A stretch of DNA of 61,738 nt, counting the filler. It is 3 parts of 3 records of this genome, joined end to end, with 100 filler letters (N's around TTAATTAATTAA, not from the genome) between each part and the next. Parts side by side here need not be neighbours in the genome. Positions count along the whole stretch, not along the records: positions 40,736 to 61,738 come from SRR20825006_2945; 2 more parts are not named here. The stretch is one strand, 5' to 3'. The position numbers and the translations under genes are program-made. Positions 46,812-60,750 of the stretch are shown piece after piece. The notes under the pieces are model-generated. The model had not been told where the DNA came from. It was given only the letters and a program-made list of their open reading frames with translations, and ran no database searches. Numbering within the stretch: the first letter of the stretch is position 1; each line of letters opens with the position of its first letter.

Positions 46812-47541
46812 GGTCCAATGCTCCCTTATATTCTTCAGGGTCCGCCGTGAATGCGCCCACCAACATGCCGGCCACTGCACCCGCCGCGATATACCATGCT
46901 CCATCCACATAGGTTTTGGTTAGGATCGCAACCGCTCCGCTGGCTGCCAACACCATGGCGGTGCTTTTGCCTTTCCAGAACCCCACAATCAAGCCGATGA
47001 AAATTGCCGGAAAGGCAAAATCCAGCCCATATTGCGCCGGGTCCAAATCGACAAACATTTTGCCCAGCAACGCGCCGAAGGCCGTCATCAATACCCAATT
47101 GAGATAGAACGGCGTCACCAACCCCATATAAAAGGCAAAGCTGAGATGTTGCTTGCGCCCGCGATGTTCAGACAGCGCCCAAATCTCATCCGCCAAAAAC
47201 ATATAGGCGATCATCTGCTTGCCCCACCCCATATGTCGAGTTTTGAGACCCAATGAGGCGCTCATCAAAATATGGCGCACATTCACCAGCAATGCCGAAA
47301 AAATGATCGCGGCCCATGGCACCGGGCTGGCCCAAAAATCAATGGCCACAAATTGCGACCCGCCTGCAAACACCACGGCGCTCATTAAACCGACTTCCAA
47401 AGGACTCAGGCCCTTTTGCGCGGCCAACCCGCCAAACACCAATGAGATTGGCACCATGGCCACCAAGAGCGGCGCAATATGCTTGATCCCGGCAATATAA
47501 TCGCTTTCGCGCAGAGGCATTTCGCCACTGATCTCACTCAT
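46804..47541 (-). CDS. azlC: AzlC family branched-chain amino acid exporter permease
   Basis: MSAVVFAGGSQF, NVRHILMSASL, ADE.WA, GLDFAFPAIF. Confidence 0.9.
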   Translation of the reverse strand: MSEISGEMPLRESDYIAGIKHIAPLLVAMVPISLVFGGLAAQKGLSPLEVGLMSAVVFAGGSQFVAIDFWASPVPWAAIIFSALLVNVRHILMSASLGLKTRHMGWGKQMIAYMFLADEIWALSEHRGRKQHLSFAFYMGLVTPFYLNWVLMTAFGALLGKMFVDLDPAQYGLDFAFPAIFIGLIVGFWKGKSTAMVLAASGAVAILTKTYVDGAWYIAAGAVAGMLVGAFTADPEEYKGALDRG

Positions 47542-47554
47542 TCACCTATCCATT

Positions 47555-48412
47555 CTAAGCGATATTGCGGTATGCCCCGGGGGCAACACCAATGCGTTTT
47601 TTAAAGTGGCGATTAAGATGGCTTTGATCGTAAAAGCCGCAATCAATGGCCACATCAGCTGGCTCATGGCCCAGCGCCAATTGCGCCCGCGCCTGCCGCA
47701 CGCGCACATCGGTCAAAAAGGAGTGTGGCGTTTGCCCCATATGTTTGGCGAAAACCCGCACCAGATAGCTTTTAGACATGCCAGACAAGGCGCATAACTG
47801 ATCCAGATCCACATCTTGATCGAAATGCGCTTGCATATAATCGCACATATCCCGCACCGCTTTGGGCGCGCGCCCAACAATCGGCTCTTTGCGCCAACTG
47901 CCATAACGACCAATCACCTCGCCCAACGCCAGATAAATTGCTTCATCCTTTTCCAGTGGGTCAAGGCTTTGTTCCAATTGCGCATGCAGGCGCAAAAGGT
48001 GCGTCGCCAAAGCCGTGTCTTGCACCATCAAATCCTGGAAAAACAAACTGCCGCTCGGCGCCGCGCCGGGCAAATCCCGCGCGATTTCATGCATCAATCC
48101 CACTGAAGGGTAAAGCATGCGATAGCTATACCCGCCTTCCAGCGGCCGACCATCATGCACTTCTTCAGGGTTGATCATAAAAACCGACCCAGCACCGCCA
48201 ATAGATTCACTGCCCTTCAGCTTATGTTGCTGCTGGCCAGAAACGATGGCCCCAATCACAAATGTATCGTGAGTGTGCGGCGCATAACGGTGGGTGCGGA
48301 AAGTGGCGGTGAGGCATTCCAAATCACAATGCCGCGCCTCACGCCAAAATTTGGCGCGCTCACCTCGGGATAAATCCACCGATGTTGCGTGTTCTTGCGA
48401 TTGTAAATCCAT
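47555..48412 (-). CDS. AraC family transcriptional regulator
   Basis: PHTHD cupin and PEEVHDG; C-terminal GFYDQSHLNRHFK...GVAPGAY. Confidence 0.93.
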   Translation of the reverse strand: MDLQSQEHATSVDLSRGERAKFWREARHCDLECLTATFRTHRYAPHTHDTFVIGAIVSGQQQHKLKGSESIGGAGSVFMINPEEVHDGRPLEGGYSYRMLYPSVGLMHEIARDLPGAAPSGSLFFQDLMVQDTALATHLLRLHAQLEQSLDPLEKDEAIYLALGEVIGRYGSWRKEPIVGRAPKAVRDMCDYMQAHFDQDVDLDQLCALSGMSKSYLVRVFAKHMGQTPHSFLTDVRVRQARAQLALGHEPADVAIDCGFYDQSHLNRHFKKRIGVAPGAYRNIA

Positions 48413-48480
48413 AGCCACAGCCTAAATGATCAAGGCCGCAAGTCTTGGACAAAATTGACACTCTGTCTAATGAAAATTCT

Positions 48481-48951
48481 TTATGACAGGATAAATCGGT
48501 TGCGTTCCAAATCTGCTAATTTGAAATTTTTCTTGCCTTTTGGCAGCAATTTATGGCCTTCGGCCTCAAGCAATTTCTTCTGGTTTTCCGGGCCACCCGG
48601 CGCTTTTTCATTCAGCGCACCAGCTTTTTTGACAGCGCGCCACCAAGCCATGCCTACCTCGCCGGTTTGCTCACGCAACTCTTCAGCGGCTTTGCTGGCA
48701 ATATTCATAAAAATGCCAGTGGTGAGCGGACAGGTCACAAATCCATTATGCTTTTTCGCCAAATAATCGCGCAAATCATCGGCCAGCATAAACTGGCCCT
48801 CTGGCACCCGCGCCATCAAATCATAAATTTCGCGTGGCGTCGAAATCACCATCGGCGCGCCTTCCGGTCCCCAATGAGTGCCCGCAGGCAGCGGGTTCAC
48901 TTGCACGACATATTTCGGATCATTCAAATAGTCCAATGCCGCCCGCGTCAT
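48481..48951 (-). CDS. MGMT/alkyltransferase-like DNA-binding protein
   Basis: M..VPEGQ, TCPLTTGIF, AWWR in the PCHR-equivalent position, QKKLLEAEG. Confidence 0.75.
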   Translation of the reverse strand: MTRAALDYLNDPKYVVQVNPLPAGTHWGPEGAPMVISTPREIYDLMARVPEGQFMLADDLRDYLAKKHNGFVTCPLTTGIFMNIASKAAEELREQTGEVGMAWWRAVKKAGALNEKAPGGPENQKKLLEAEGHKLLPKGKKNFKLADLERNRFILS

Positions 48952-48954
48952 GGT

Positions 48955-52736
<3,782 letters not shown>

Positions 52737-52777
52737 GCCCAATTAACCCATATTTAGGCCGCAAAGGCAGATATGGA

Positions 52778-53629
52778 TTAGCCGTTCAGCGACCCTGCCA
52801 ACCAGCTACCCTCATTCACCTCAGGGGCCAAACCCTGCTTTTGCAGCAGTTTATACGCATCCTGATACCATTCGCTAGAGGGATAGTTGTGTCCCAGAAC
52901 AGCAGCAGCGGTTTGCGCCTCTTGCACCAGTCCTAACGCCATATAGGCTTCGGTCAAGCGCAGCAGAGCTTCTTCCACATGTGTTGAGGTCTGATGGTCT
53001 TCAACAACGGTCCGGAAACGATTGATCGCACCGGTATATTGCTTGTTGCCAAGATAATAACGACCAACGGACATTTCCTTGCCTGCCAACTGATCTTGAG
53101 CGATCAAGATACGCTCTTTCGCATCTTTGGCATAACGGCTGTCTGGATAGTTGTTGATGATAGACTGAAACGTCGCAATCGCATCCTGTGCTGTCTGCTG
53201 ATCCCGGGTCAAATCTTTAATCTGGTTATATTGAGACGCACCTTTCAGATACATCGCATATGGCGCTTCTGACGACGAAGGATAAAGCGCTAAGAAACGA
53301 TCCGCAGCCAAAATTGTGCGGTCATAATCACCCAGCCGGAAGTGAATAAATGTGGTCATCATCCGCGAGCGTTCGGTGAACTCAGAATATGGATGTTGAC
53401 GCTCAAGCTTCTCAAAAGTCGTCAAAGCAGATTTGAAGCGATCACGCTCCACAAAATCAATGCCTTCATCATAAAGCGTTTCCGCTGGAATGATTTCTTC
53501 TTCGGTGATTTTGGGCTTACCGAAAAGGCTCATGCCCCCACAGCCAGCAAGAGTTGTCGCCAAAACGCCAACCAACGCTGCGCGCATCAATGTTTTTGCA
53601 ACGCCATTTTGAAGGTTTGCAATACCCAT
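52778..53629 (-). CDS. bamD: Outer membrane protein assembly factor BamD
   Basis: Lipobox LAGC, TPR repeats, HPYS, RDQ, KEMSVGRYY; conserved position between lpxC and recN. Confidence 0.95.
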   Translation of the reverse strand: MGIANLQNGVAKTLMRAALVGVLATTLAGCGGMSLFGKPKITEEEIIPAETLYDEGIDFVERDRFKSALTTFEKLERQHPYSEFTERSRMMTTFIHFRLGDYDRTILAADRFLALYPSSSEAPYAMYLKGASQYNQIKDLTRDQQTAQDAIATFQSIINNYPDSRYAKDAKERILIAQDQLAGKEMSVGRYYLGNKQYTGAINRFRTVVEDHQTSTHVEEALLRLTEAYMALGLVQEAQTAAAVLGHNYPSSEWYQDAYKLLQKQGLAPEVNEGSWLAGSLNG

Positions 53630-53727
53630 AGTTAAAAGCCTTTATCAACCGAAACCCACACTCATCAGCACGATGTAGGGGCAAAAATGAACGAAACTAA
53701 GGCAAGATACAAGTTGAATGTACCAAA

Positions 53728-54684
53728 TCAACCCACGGAACGAATATAGCCGCGCAATTCTAAGCCTTCTGGCAATTCTTCCAATGCATCAAATTCAAGC
53801 GGTAAGTCACTCGCGGACACGATGTCATAATTTTGCTCACTGGCAAAAAGAGAGTTCAACACCAAGGCGTTCAACCCATGACCACCTTTGTACGAGCGAA
53901 ACTTGCCATAAATGGGCATACCTGCCAGCGCAAGATCACCAACGGCATCCAGCAATTTGTGGCGAACAAACTCATCCTCGAAGCGCAAACCGTCTTGATT
54001 GAGGATTTTCCCCTCATCCACCGCAATCGAGTTTTCTAAAGAGGAACCTAAGGCATAGCCAGCCTGACGCAACACTTTTGCATCTTTAATAAATCCAAAT
54101 GTGCGCGCCTTAGATACATCGTTGACATAACGCTTAGGTGACCAATCAAAAATCATCCGTTGGCGACCGATAACGTCACTCTCAAAATCAATCTCAACAT
54201 CAAATGCGCGTCCGTTATAAGGCTCGAGTGCAGCAAATGCATCATTTGAGCGAACAGTTACACTGCGTTTGATTTTGATGAACTTCTTCTCAGCAGGTTG
54301 AGTTTCAATCCCTGCATCGATGATTGCCTCAACATATTTGCGGGCACTACCATCTAACACTGGACATTCGCTACTTTCGACGGTGATCAACACATTGTCG
54401 ATCCCCATACCGGAAAGCGCAGAAACCATATGCTCAATCATGGAGACCGTGCCAGCATCGCCCAAATCGACCGCCGTGCACAAATAAGTTCGGGACACAC
54501 GATTATGCTGCAAAGGAATGACTTCGGAGAACCGATCATCATCGAACTTACGACGAATTCTATATCCGCTATCCACAGCAGCGGGCTCAATTGTCAAACT
54601 AGCCGGCTTGCCATTGTGAACACCAATACCCGCAAAGCTCAATACGCGCCCTACGGTGCACTGCTTGGTTGCAAATCTATTCAT
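53728..54684 (-). CDS. lpxC: UDP-3-O-acyl-N-acetylglucosamine deacetylase
   Basis: GIGVHNG, IEHMVSAL, ARTFGF, RHKLLDAVGD, GGH. Confidence 0.95.
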   Translation of the reverse strand: MNRFATKQCTVGRVLSFAGIGVHNGKPASLTIEPAAVDSGYRIRRKFDDDRFSEVIPLQHNRVSRTYLCTAVDLGDAGTVSMIEHMVSALSGMGIDNVLITVESSECPVLDGSARKYVEAIIDAGIETQPAEKKFIKIKRSVTVRSNDAFAALEPYNGRAFDVEIDFESDVIGRQRMIFDWSPKRYVNDVSKARTFGFIKDAKVLRQAGYALGSSLENSIAVDEGKILNQDGLRFEDEFVRHKLLDAVGDLALAGMPIYGKFRSYKGGHGLNALVLNSLFASEQNYDIVSASDLPLEFDALEELPEGLELRGYIRSVG

Positions 54685-54741
54685 CTACTACTCCGGCTTA
54701 TTGGGTCTAATATCCCAGCCTTTTTTTAAAACTTGATAAAC

Positions 54742-54773
54742 AAAAAAAACCCGAGACGAAAGTCGCCTCGGGT
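54742..54773 (-). terminator. Rho-independent terminator after ftsZ
   Basis: Minus strand CCCGAGGCGA-CTT-TCGTCTCGGG-T8. Confidence 0.85.
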
Positions 54774-54799
54774 GCTTTTTTATTATTATGCCCTTAAAA

Positions 54800-56449
54800 C
54801 TATCCGTGGCGTTTTAAGAAACTTGGAATTTCCAGCTGCTCTTTTTGCGCTGTAGGCTGAGCTGTTGGACGTCCAGTTTGGTCCAGCTGACCCTGCGCAC
54901 CCATTGGCTTAGAAGGCCGTTGTGGGCTGGCTTCCACGGCATTGCGGGCCATGGCGTCATCAGCTTTTTTCTCGTCAAACTCTTCTTTGCCTTGCAAGCC
55001 AACATTACTGGCCAAGCGACGGAACAAAGCCCGAGCATTGCGCGGTTCTTTTTGCTCGTCTTGTTGCGCATGGGCAACGCTTTCTTGTGCCACACGAGGC
55101 AACTCGTCAGTGCGTGGCATGCGACGCGGGGCGACTCGCTCGGCGCTTTGCGGCACATATGTAGGGCGTGGCTCAACGTCACGTGGCTTCGGCTCATCAT
55201 CCAACTGCGCAAGAGGTTCTGCGCTTGGACGGTAAGGTTCAACCATCACATCTTCTTTTTGCGGCGCTTGGTGATTTGGCTTTGCACCCAAAGCTTCATT
55301 CACCGCCTTTTGCATGGCCATATCCAACTCATCGGCTGGCGCGGCTTCTGCTTTTGGCGCTTCTTGCTGCGGCGCAGCAGACTTAACTTCATGCTGAGGC
55401 TTTGGTGCGGCAGCTGGTGCTTCACGGTTTACGCGAATGGCACGCTCTGCATTTGGCTCAACTGGATCCATGGCTTGCACCATGGCTGCATCAGTACCTG
55501 TGGCCACAACAGACACGCGGATCTGACCGTCAAGGCTGTCATCAAAAGTAGCACCGAGGATGATGTTCGCGTCTGAATCCACTTCTTCACGAATGCGGCT
55601 TGCGGCCTCATCCACTTCATAAAGGGTCAAGTCAGAACCACCTGTGATCGAAATCAACAGGCCGCGTGCACCTTGCATGGAGATATCGTCCAGCAATGGG
55701 TTTGCAATCGCAGCTTCAGCGGCGTGACGTGCACGATCTTCACCTTCAGCTTCGCCTGTACCCATCATGGCTTTACCCATGCCGCGCATCACTGCACGAA
55801 CGTCAGCAAAGTCGAGGTTGATCAAGCCCTCTTTCACCATCAAATCGGTGATACAGGCCACACCTGAGAACAACACTTCGTCAGCCATCGAGAACGCATC
55901 AGCGAAGGTGGTTTTCTCATTGGCAACCCGGAATAGATTTTGGTTCGGGATCACGATCAGCGTATCAACATGGCGGTGCAACTCATCAATGCCATCCTCG
56001 GCCAAACGCATACGGCGCGCACCTTCAAATTGGAATGGCTTGGTCACAACACCAACAGTCAAAATGCCCTGTTCGCGGGCCGCACGGGCCACAACAGGCG
56101 CCGCACCAGTGCCAGTGCCACCGCCCATACCGGCAGTAATGAAGCACATGTGCGAACCGTTTAAGTGATCTGTAATTTCGTCAATTGTCTCTTCAGCGGC
56201 CGCACGCCCCACTTCGGGGTGTGAGCCAGCGCCGAGACCTTCGGTGACGCCGACACCAAGCTGCACAACGCGCTCTGCCTTAGACAGGGCGAGGGCTTGG
56301 GCGTCTGTGTTGGCCACAACGAACTCGACCCCTTCTAGGCCCGAATCGATCATGTTGTTCACCGCATTGCCGCCGGCACCGCCAACGCCAAACACAGTGA
56401 TGCGTGGCTTAAGTTCTTGAATATCTGGAATTTGAAGTTTGATGCTCAT
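54800..56449 (-). CDS. ftsZ: Cell division protein FtsZ (long linker)
   Basis: [25 protein letters not shown]-terminal LEIPSFL; alternative start 56461. Confidence 0.98.
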   Translation of the reverse strand: MSIKLQIPDIQELKPRITVFGVGGAGGNAVNNMIDSGLEGVEFVVANTDAQALALSKAERVVQLGVGVTEGLGAGSHPEVGRAAAEETIDEITDHLNGSHMCFITAGMGGGTGTGAAPVVARAAREQGILTVGVVTKPFQFEGARRMRLAEDGIDELHRHVDTLIVIPNQNLFRVANEKTTFADAFSMADEVLFSGVACITDLMVKEGLINLDFADVRAVMRGMGKAMMGTGEAEGEDRARHAAEAAIANPLLDDISMQGARGLLISITGGSDLTLYEVDEAASRIREEVDSDANIILGATFDDSLDGQIRVSVVATGTDAAMVQAMDPVEPNAERAIRVNREAPAAAPKPQHEVKSAAPQQEAPKAEAAPADELDMAMQKAVNEALGAKPNHQAPQKEDVMVEPYRPSAEPLAQLDDEPKPRDVEPRPTYVPQSAERVAPRRMPRTDELPRVAQESVAHAQQDEQKEPRNARALFRRLASNVGLQGKEEFDEKKADDAMARNAVEASPQRPSKPMGAQGQLDQTGRPTAQPTAQKEQLEIPSFLKRHG

Positions 56450-56496
56450 TTCTGGCCCCATTGTGCTCCGTTGGGTATAAAATTACTGCCAGAACG

Positions 56497-56600
56497 TTAA
56501 GCACTCCCTAACAATTGCATCATTTTTGTTAACTTTGATGCATTTTGCGTCAATGCGTGACCGAGTGAGCAAGAAATTGTTTAGCATAACAAAGCGTTAA
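56497..56600. promoter_or_regulatory. Two near-consensus CtrA boxes upstream of ftsZ
   Basis: TTAA-N7-CTAA at 56497-56511 and ATAA-N7-TTAA at 56586-56600, one mismatch each. Confidence 0.5.
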
Positions 56601-56659
56601 AGCGCAGTTTTAAGCTCCACGCGATCGAAACTTTTTTGAAATGAGAATTTTGCGGTGAA

Positions 56660-57973
56660 TCAGAAGCTGGATTTCAGCCAATGACCAATATGTTTGAACC
56701 AGCCAAATTTACCGCCCTCACCCGCACTTGCTTTTTGCTCAACAAATTCAAGCTCGCAAACTTGCGGATAAATCAGCATGCCCACCACAGTGGAAAATGC
56801 AGGCCCTTTCGCCACCGTTGGCAATTTGGAAACACCCAATGGCCGCCCCTGGCGCACATTGCGGGCCAAAACCCGGCGGGCAATCTCTGGCAAACCAGTC
56901 AACTCACTGCCGCCACCCGTTAACACAAATCGACGTCCACACACATCCATCATGCCCGTGGCCACCATGCGGTCACGCAAGATCGTCAAAATGTCTTCCA
57001 CCTGTGGACGCACGATGCGGGTTAATGTGGTGCGCGGAATTTGCGTCGGCGCTTCATCCTGTGTTGCCCCAACTGGCTGGATCGGCACCAAATCGCGCTC
57101 ATCAGTTTGGCCGGGCAATACAGAGGTGAATAATGTTTTCAACCGTTCCGCATCTTCAAAGCTCACAGAAAGCTGACGCGCAATTTCATGTGTGATGGAC
57201 TGACCACCAACCGAAATTGAGTCGGCGTAAACCAAATACCCATCTTTAAACACGCTCAAAGTGGTCGTGGCACCGCCAAAATCAACAATCGCAACACCAA
57301 GCTGCGCTTCATCATCCACCAAACAAGCCAAACCGCTGGCATAAGGCGTCGCCATAAAGGCTTCCACTTGCAAATGGCAGCGGTTCAACACCAACTCAAT
57401 ATTGCGCATGGAAAGCGTTTCGGCGCTCACCACCGCAACATCAACACCGAGCATATCGCCCACCATGCCGCGCGGGTCTTGAATGCCTTTGTGACCATCC
57501 AGCGAATAGCCAATTGGCAGCGCGTGCAACACAGACCGTTCGTCACGGATCGACCGTTCATTCACCGTTTGCAGAACCTTGGCCAAATCGCGCGGCTCAA
57601 CTTCGTGCCCATCAAGTGACACGGTCGCGGCGAATGTTTCTGAGCTCAATCGTCCCGCAGAAACATTGACAATAAGCGATTGAACCGTCACCCCGGCATT
57701 GCGCTCAGCCATGCCAACAACAGAACGCACAGCATGCTCCGCTGCGTCCAAATCTGTGATGATGCCTTTATTCACGCCCTGCGACGGACCAAAGGCAAAG
57801 CCCAATACTTCGGCCTGATGTGTACGGCCGCGCAGTGCTTTACCTTCAGGTTGGGGCGTTAAACGCGCAATAATGCAGCAAATCTTGGTGGAGCCAATAT
57901 CCAAAACGGTCACCAAGCTGGCCTTGCCCGGTTGTACCGGTTTCAGCCGTGCCGTCATTGCCTCTGAGATCAT
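56660..57973 (-). CDS. ftsA: Cell division protein FtsA
   Basis: LDIGSTKI, VDFGGATT, VLTGGGS; synteny. Confidence 0.97.
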   Translation of the reverse strand: MISEAMTARLKPVQPGKASLVTVLDIGSTKICCIIARLTPQPEGKALRGRTHQAEVLGFAFGPSQGVNKGIITDLDAAEHAVRSVVGMAERNAGVTVQSLIVNVSAGRLSSETFAATVSLDGHEVEPRDLAKVLQTVNERSIRDERSVLHALPIGYSLDGHKGIQDPRGMVGDMLGVDVAVVSAETLSMRNIELVLNRCHLQVEAFMATPYASGLACLVDDEAQLGVAIVDFGGATTTLSVFKDGYLVYADSISVGGQSITHEIARQLSVSFEDAERLKTLFTSVLPGQTDERDLVPIQPVGATQDEAPTQIPRTTLTRIVRPQVEDILTILRDRMVATGMMDVCGRRFVLTGGGSELTGLPEIARRVLARNVRQGRPLGVSKLPTVAKGPAFSTVVGMLIYPQVCELEFVEQKASAGEGGKFGWFKHIGHWLKSSF

Positions 57974-58860
57974 TGCGCGTTGGCCTCATCCTGATCGGTT
58001 GCAGTGCGGTCAACGGGCCGCACGGCGATAAAATCTTTTAAACGAAAATCTAAAATCTCAATGTCACGCGCCAACAATTGCTTTTCTGCATCCAGCTTCA
58101 CAATCTGGGCCAGCGCTTGGTCAACATCATGCTCAGGCAGCATGATGCGCAAGCCCGTATCATAGATCAAATCCCAGCGACGATCACCAATGCGGCTGGC
58201 GGCCAGCAAATCCTGCTGCAAAAGCGCATAAGGCTGCAATGCCGCAATCAAATTAGCTGCATCGTCAGCGGCACCATCGCCAATAAAGAGCGGCAGGCCA
58301 TCAATGCCCCCCTGCTCAAGGCTGACCAATTTGTCGCCTTTCGCGTCGATTGCAAAGCTCACCCCATCAATGCGCCACACAGCGATAGGTGTTTTTTCCA
58401 CCAACTCGATGTTCAGCGAATTAGGATAGATCTTACGGATCGTGGCACTTTCGATGGACGGTAAAGCCTCAATGCGCTGGCGTGCTGCCTCCGCATCAAA
58501 ATTCACCAGCGAAATATTGCCTTGCAGGCCGATTGCCTCAAACAAATCTGCTTCTTTGGTTAGGCCATAGCCCGAAAGCGAAACTTCCGACACCGCCAAA
58601 CCTGCTTGTGCAAACAAGCCTGAGGCGCGCTCAGTCAAAACGGTGACGCCATTGGCGATGTGGCTGCGGTTGATCATGCCAACACCCAGCAACAAAACAA
58701 CAAGAATAAGAGCAACCAGCTGCACGCCCAAACGCTTATGCAGCACCCATGCCCGTTGCCCCCGCGCAACCAACTGATTGGTTTTGCGCAATGCAGGCAA
58801 ATTATGCATCGGTGCAGGCAAAGCAAGGGTGCGCGCTTGAGGCTTTCTTATCTGTCGCAA
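57970..58860 (-). CDS. ftsQ: Cell division protein FtsQ
   Basis: Single TM, POTRA (RIEALP.I..A.IRK.YP), RRWDL, DFRL; synteny. Confidence 0.93.
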   Translation of the reverse strand: MRQIRKPQARTLALPAPMHNLPALRKTNQLVARGQRAWVLHKRLGVQLVALILVVLLLGVGMINRSHIANGVTVLTERASGLFAQAGLAVSEVSLSGYGLTKEADLFEAIGLQGNISLVNFDAEAARQRIEALPSIESATIRKIYPNSLNIELVEKTPIAVWRIDGVSFAIDAKGDKLVSLEQGGIDGLPLFIGDGAADDAANLIAALQPYALLQQDLLAASRIGDRRWDLIYDTGLRIMLPEHDVDQALAQIVKLDAEKQLLARDIEILDFRLKDFIAVRPVDRTATDQDEANAQ

Positions 58861-59768
58861 GAGGCGTCCTCCAAAATCCAGCGGACCAGTTCTTCAAAAT
58901 CATGCCCGGCATGGGCAGCCATTTCAGGCACAAGCGATGTTGGTGTCATGCCCGGCTGCGTGTTGATTTCAAGGCAAATCAAATCGCCTTCTTCGCCGCC
59001 ATGCATGGATAAACGGAAGTCTGTGCGGGTTACCCCTTTGCACCCCAAACTCTCATGTGCCTTTAGGGCCAGTTTCTGCGCAGTTTGGTAAATATTCGGT
59101 GAAACCTCGGCCGGGAAAATATGCTTTGACCCGCCCTGTGCATATTTCGCCTCGTAATTATAAAAATTGAGGTCGGTCACAACTTCAGTAACCGCAAGCG
59201 CCACACCGCCCATCACCGCGCATGTCAGCTCGCGGCCAGCGATATAACGCTCCACCATCAATTCTTCACCGCTCTTCCAATCGGTGCGCAAAATTTCTTG
59301 CGGTGGATGCTCGGTGCCCTGCTTTACGATAAACACGCCAACGCTGGAGCCATCCGCCACGGGCTTAATCACATATGGCGGTTCCATTTGGTGCTTGCGC
59401 GCCACCTCATCTCGCGAAGCCACAAAATGGTCTGTAACGGGAATGCCATTGGCTTTGAAAAACACTTTCGACAAATGCTTATTCATGGCGATAGACGAAG
59501 CGGAGACTCCTGAATGGGTGTAAGGAATGCCCATAATTTCGAGCAAACCCTGCACTGTTCCATCTTCACCAAACCGGCCATGCAGCGCGTTAAAGGCCAC
59601 ATCAGGCTTCAATTCTTCCAGCACATGGCCAAGATCGCGATCAACATCGACACGGGATACTTGATAACCACAGCGCTCAAGCGCGTCTGCACACGCCTTG
59701 CCGGAGGAAAGCGAAACTTCGCGCTCGCTTGCCCAACCGCCCATCAACACAGCTACATGTTTGGTCAT
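58848..59768 (-). CDS. ddl: D-alanine--D-alanine ligase
   Basis: GGWASEREVSL, LHGRFGEDG, GSSVG, YNYEAKY, EINTQPGMT. Confidence 0.97.
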   Translation of the reverse strand: MTKHVAVLMGGWASEREVSLSSGKACADALERCGYQVSRVDVDRDLGHVLEELKPDVAFNALHGRFGEDGTVQGLLEIMGIPYTHSGVSASSIAMNKHLSKVFFKANGIPVTDHFVASRDEVARKHQMEPPYVIKPVADGSSVGVFIVKQGTEHPPQEILRTDWKSGEELMVERYIAGRELTCAVMGGVALAVTEVVTDLNFYNYEAKYAQGGSKHIFPAEVSPNIYQTAQKLALKAHESLGCKGVTRTDFRLSMHGGEEGDLICLEINTQPGMTPTSLVPEMAAHAGHDFEELVRWILEDASCDR

Positions 59769-59770
59769 GC

Positions 59771-60748
59771 TTACACCTGCCCGGTGAACACATCACCATC
59801 TAGAAATTCTTTGACCTCATTGCCCGGCACAAAATGTCCCATACGGCGAATTTCCCAGCGCAATTCGATGCCAGAATTTTCCCGCACGCGATTGCGCACG
59901 GTCTCGCCCAATGTTTCGATGTCATGCGCGGTCGCTTCGCCCAAATTCAGCAAGAAATTGCAGTGCTTTTCAGACACTTGCGCATCACCAACCTTAAGGC
60001 CACGACAACCCGCCGCATCCACCAATTTCCAAGATGAATGCCCATCAGGGTTTTTAAAGGTCGAACCGCCAGTGCGCGCCCGTGTAGGCTGTGAACCTTC
60101 ACGCGTTTCCGTGATTTCCTTCATCCGCGCTTTAATGTCTTCTGGGTCACCCGCAAAGCCTTGATAAACAGCTTCGGTGAACACCACACCGCGTGGACCA
60201 TTATTCTTGCGATATTTATAGGCCATATCCGCATTGGTGAGCGTCACGATCTCGCCGTCACGGTCAACGCCGCGCAGTTCAACCATGCGATCTTTGGTTT
60301 CCGTGCCATAGCAGCCCGCATTCATGTAAAGCGCACCGCCAATGCCGCCCGGAATACCGCGATAAAAGGTCAAACCATCAATGCCATTATCTGCAGCAGC
60401 GGTTGCTACCTTCACGTCTGGCAATGCCGCGCCAACGCGCAATTTATGGTCGCCCAACGCTTCGACTTTGCCGAACCCCTTGGCCGACAGGCGCAACACG
60501 ACCCCATCAAGTCCACCATCACGAACCAAAAGGTTAGAGCCCAAACCAATCACGGTCAGCTTGATGTCTTTTGGCAGGTTTTTCAAAAACAGCTGCAAAT
60601 CGGCCTCGTCCGCAGGCTGAAAATAAAGCTGCGCCGGGCCACCGACGCGAAACCAAGTAATCTCGCTCAAAGACTGGTTGGGAATAAGTTTGCCGCGAAT
60701 GTCATTTGTCCATTCGCCAAGTTGGGGCAATAGATCTGGAAAGCTCAT
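59771..60748 (-). CDS. murB: UDP-N-acetylmuramate dehydrogenase
   Basis: FRVGGPA, GLGSNLLV, GIPG..GG...MNAG, GSTFKNP, HCNF. Confidence 0.97.
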   Translation of the reverse strand: MSFPDLLPQLGEWTNDIRGKLIPNQSLSEITWFRVGGPAQLYFQPADEADLQLFLKNLPKDIKLTVIGLGSNLLVRDGGLDGVVLRLSAKGFGKVEALGDHKLRVGAALPDVKVATAAADNGIDGLTFYRGIPGGIGGALYMNAGCYGTETKDRMVELRGVDRDGEIVTLTNADMAYKYRKNNGPRGVVFTEAVYQGFAGDPEDIKARMKEITETREGSQPTRARTGGSTFKNPDGHSSWKLVDAAGCRGLKVGDAQVSEKHCNFLLNLGEATAHDIETLGETVRNRVRENSGIELRWEIRRMGHFVPGNEVKEFLDGDVFTGQV

Positions 60749-60750
60749 AA

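Noticed and set aside
54800-55500. Long Pro/Ala/Glu-rich FtsZ linker as a novelty
   Set aside because: Extended C-terminal linkers are established for alphaproteobacterial FtsZ
54845-55576. 243-aa antisense ORF in ftsZ, and similar ones in ligA, recN, murB and ddl
   Set aside because: Shadow ORFs expected from codon bias opposite conserved genes
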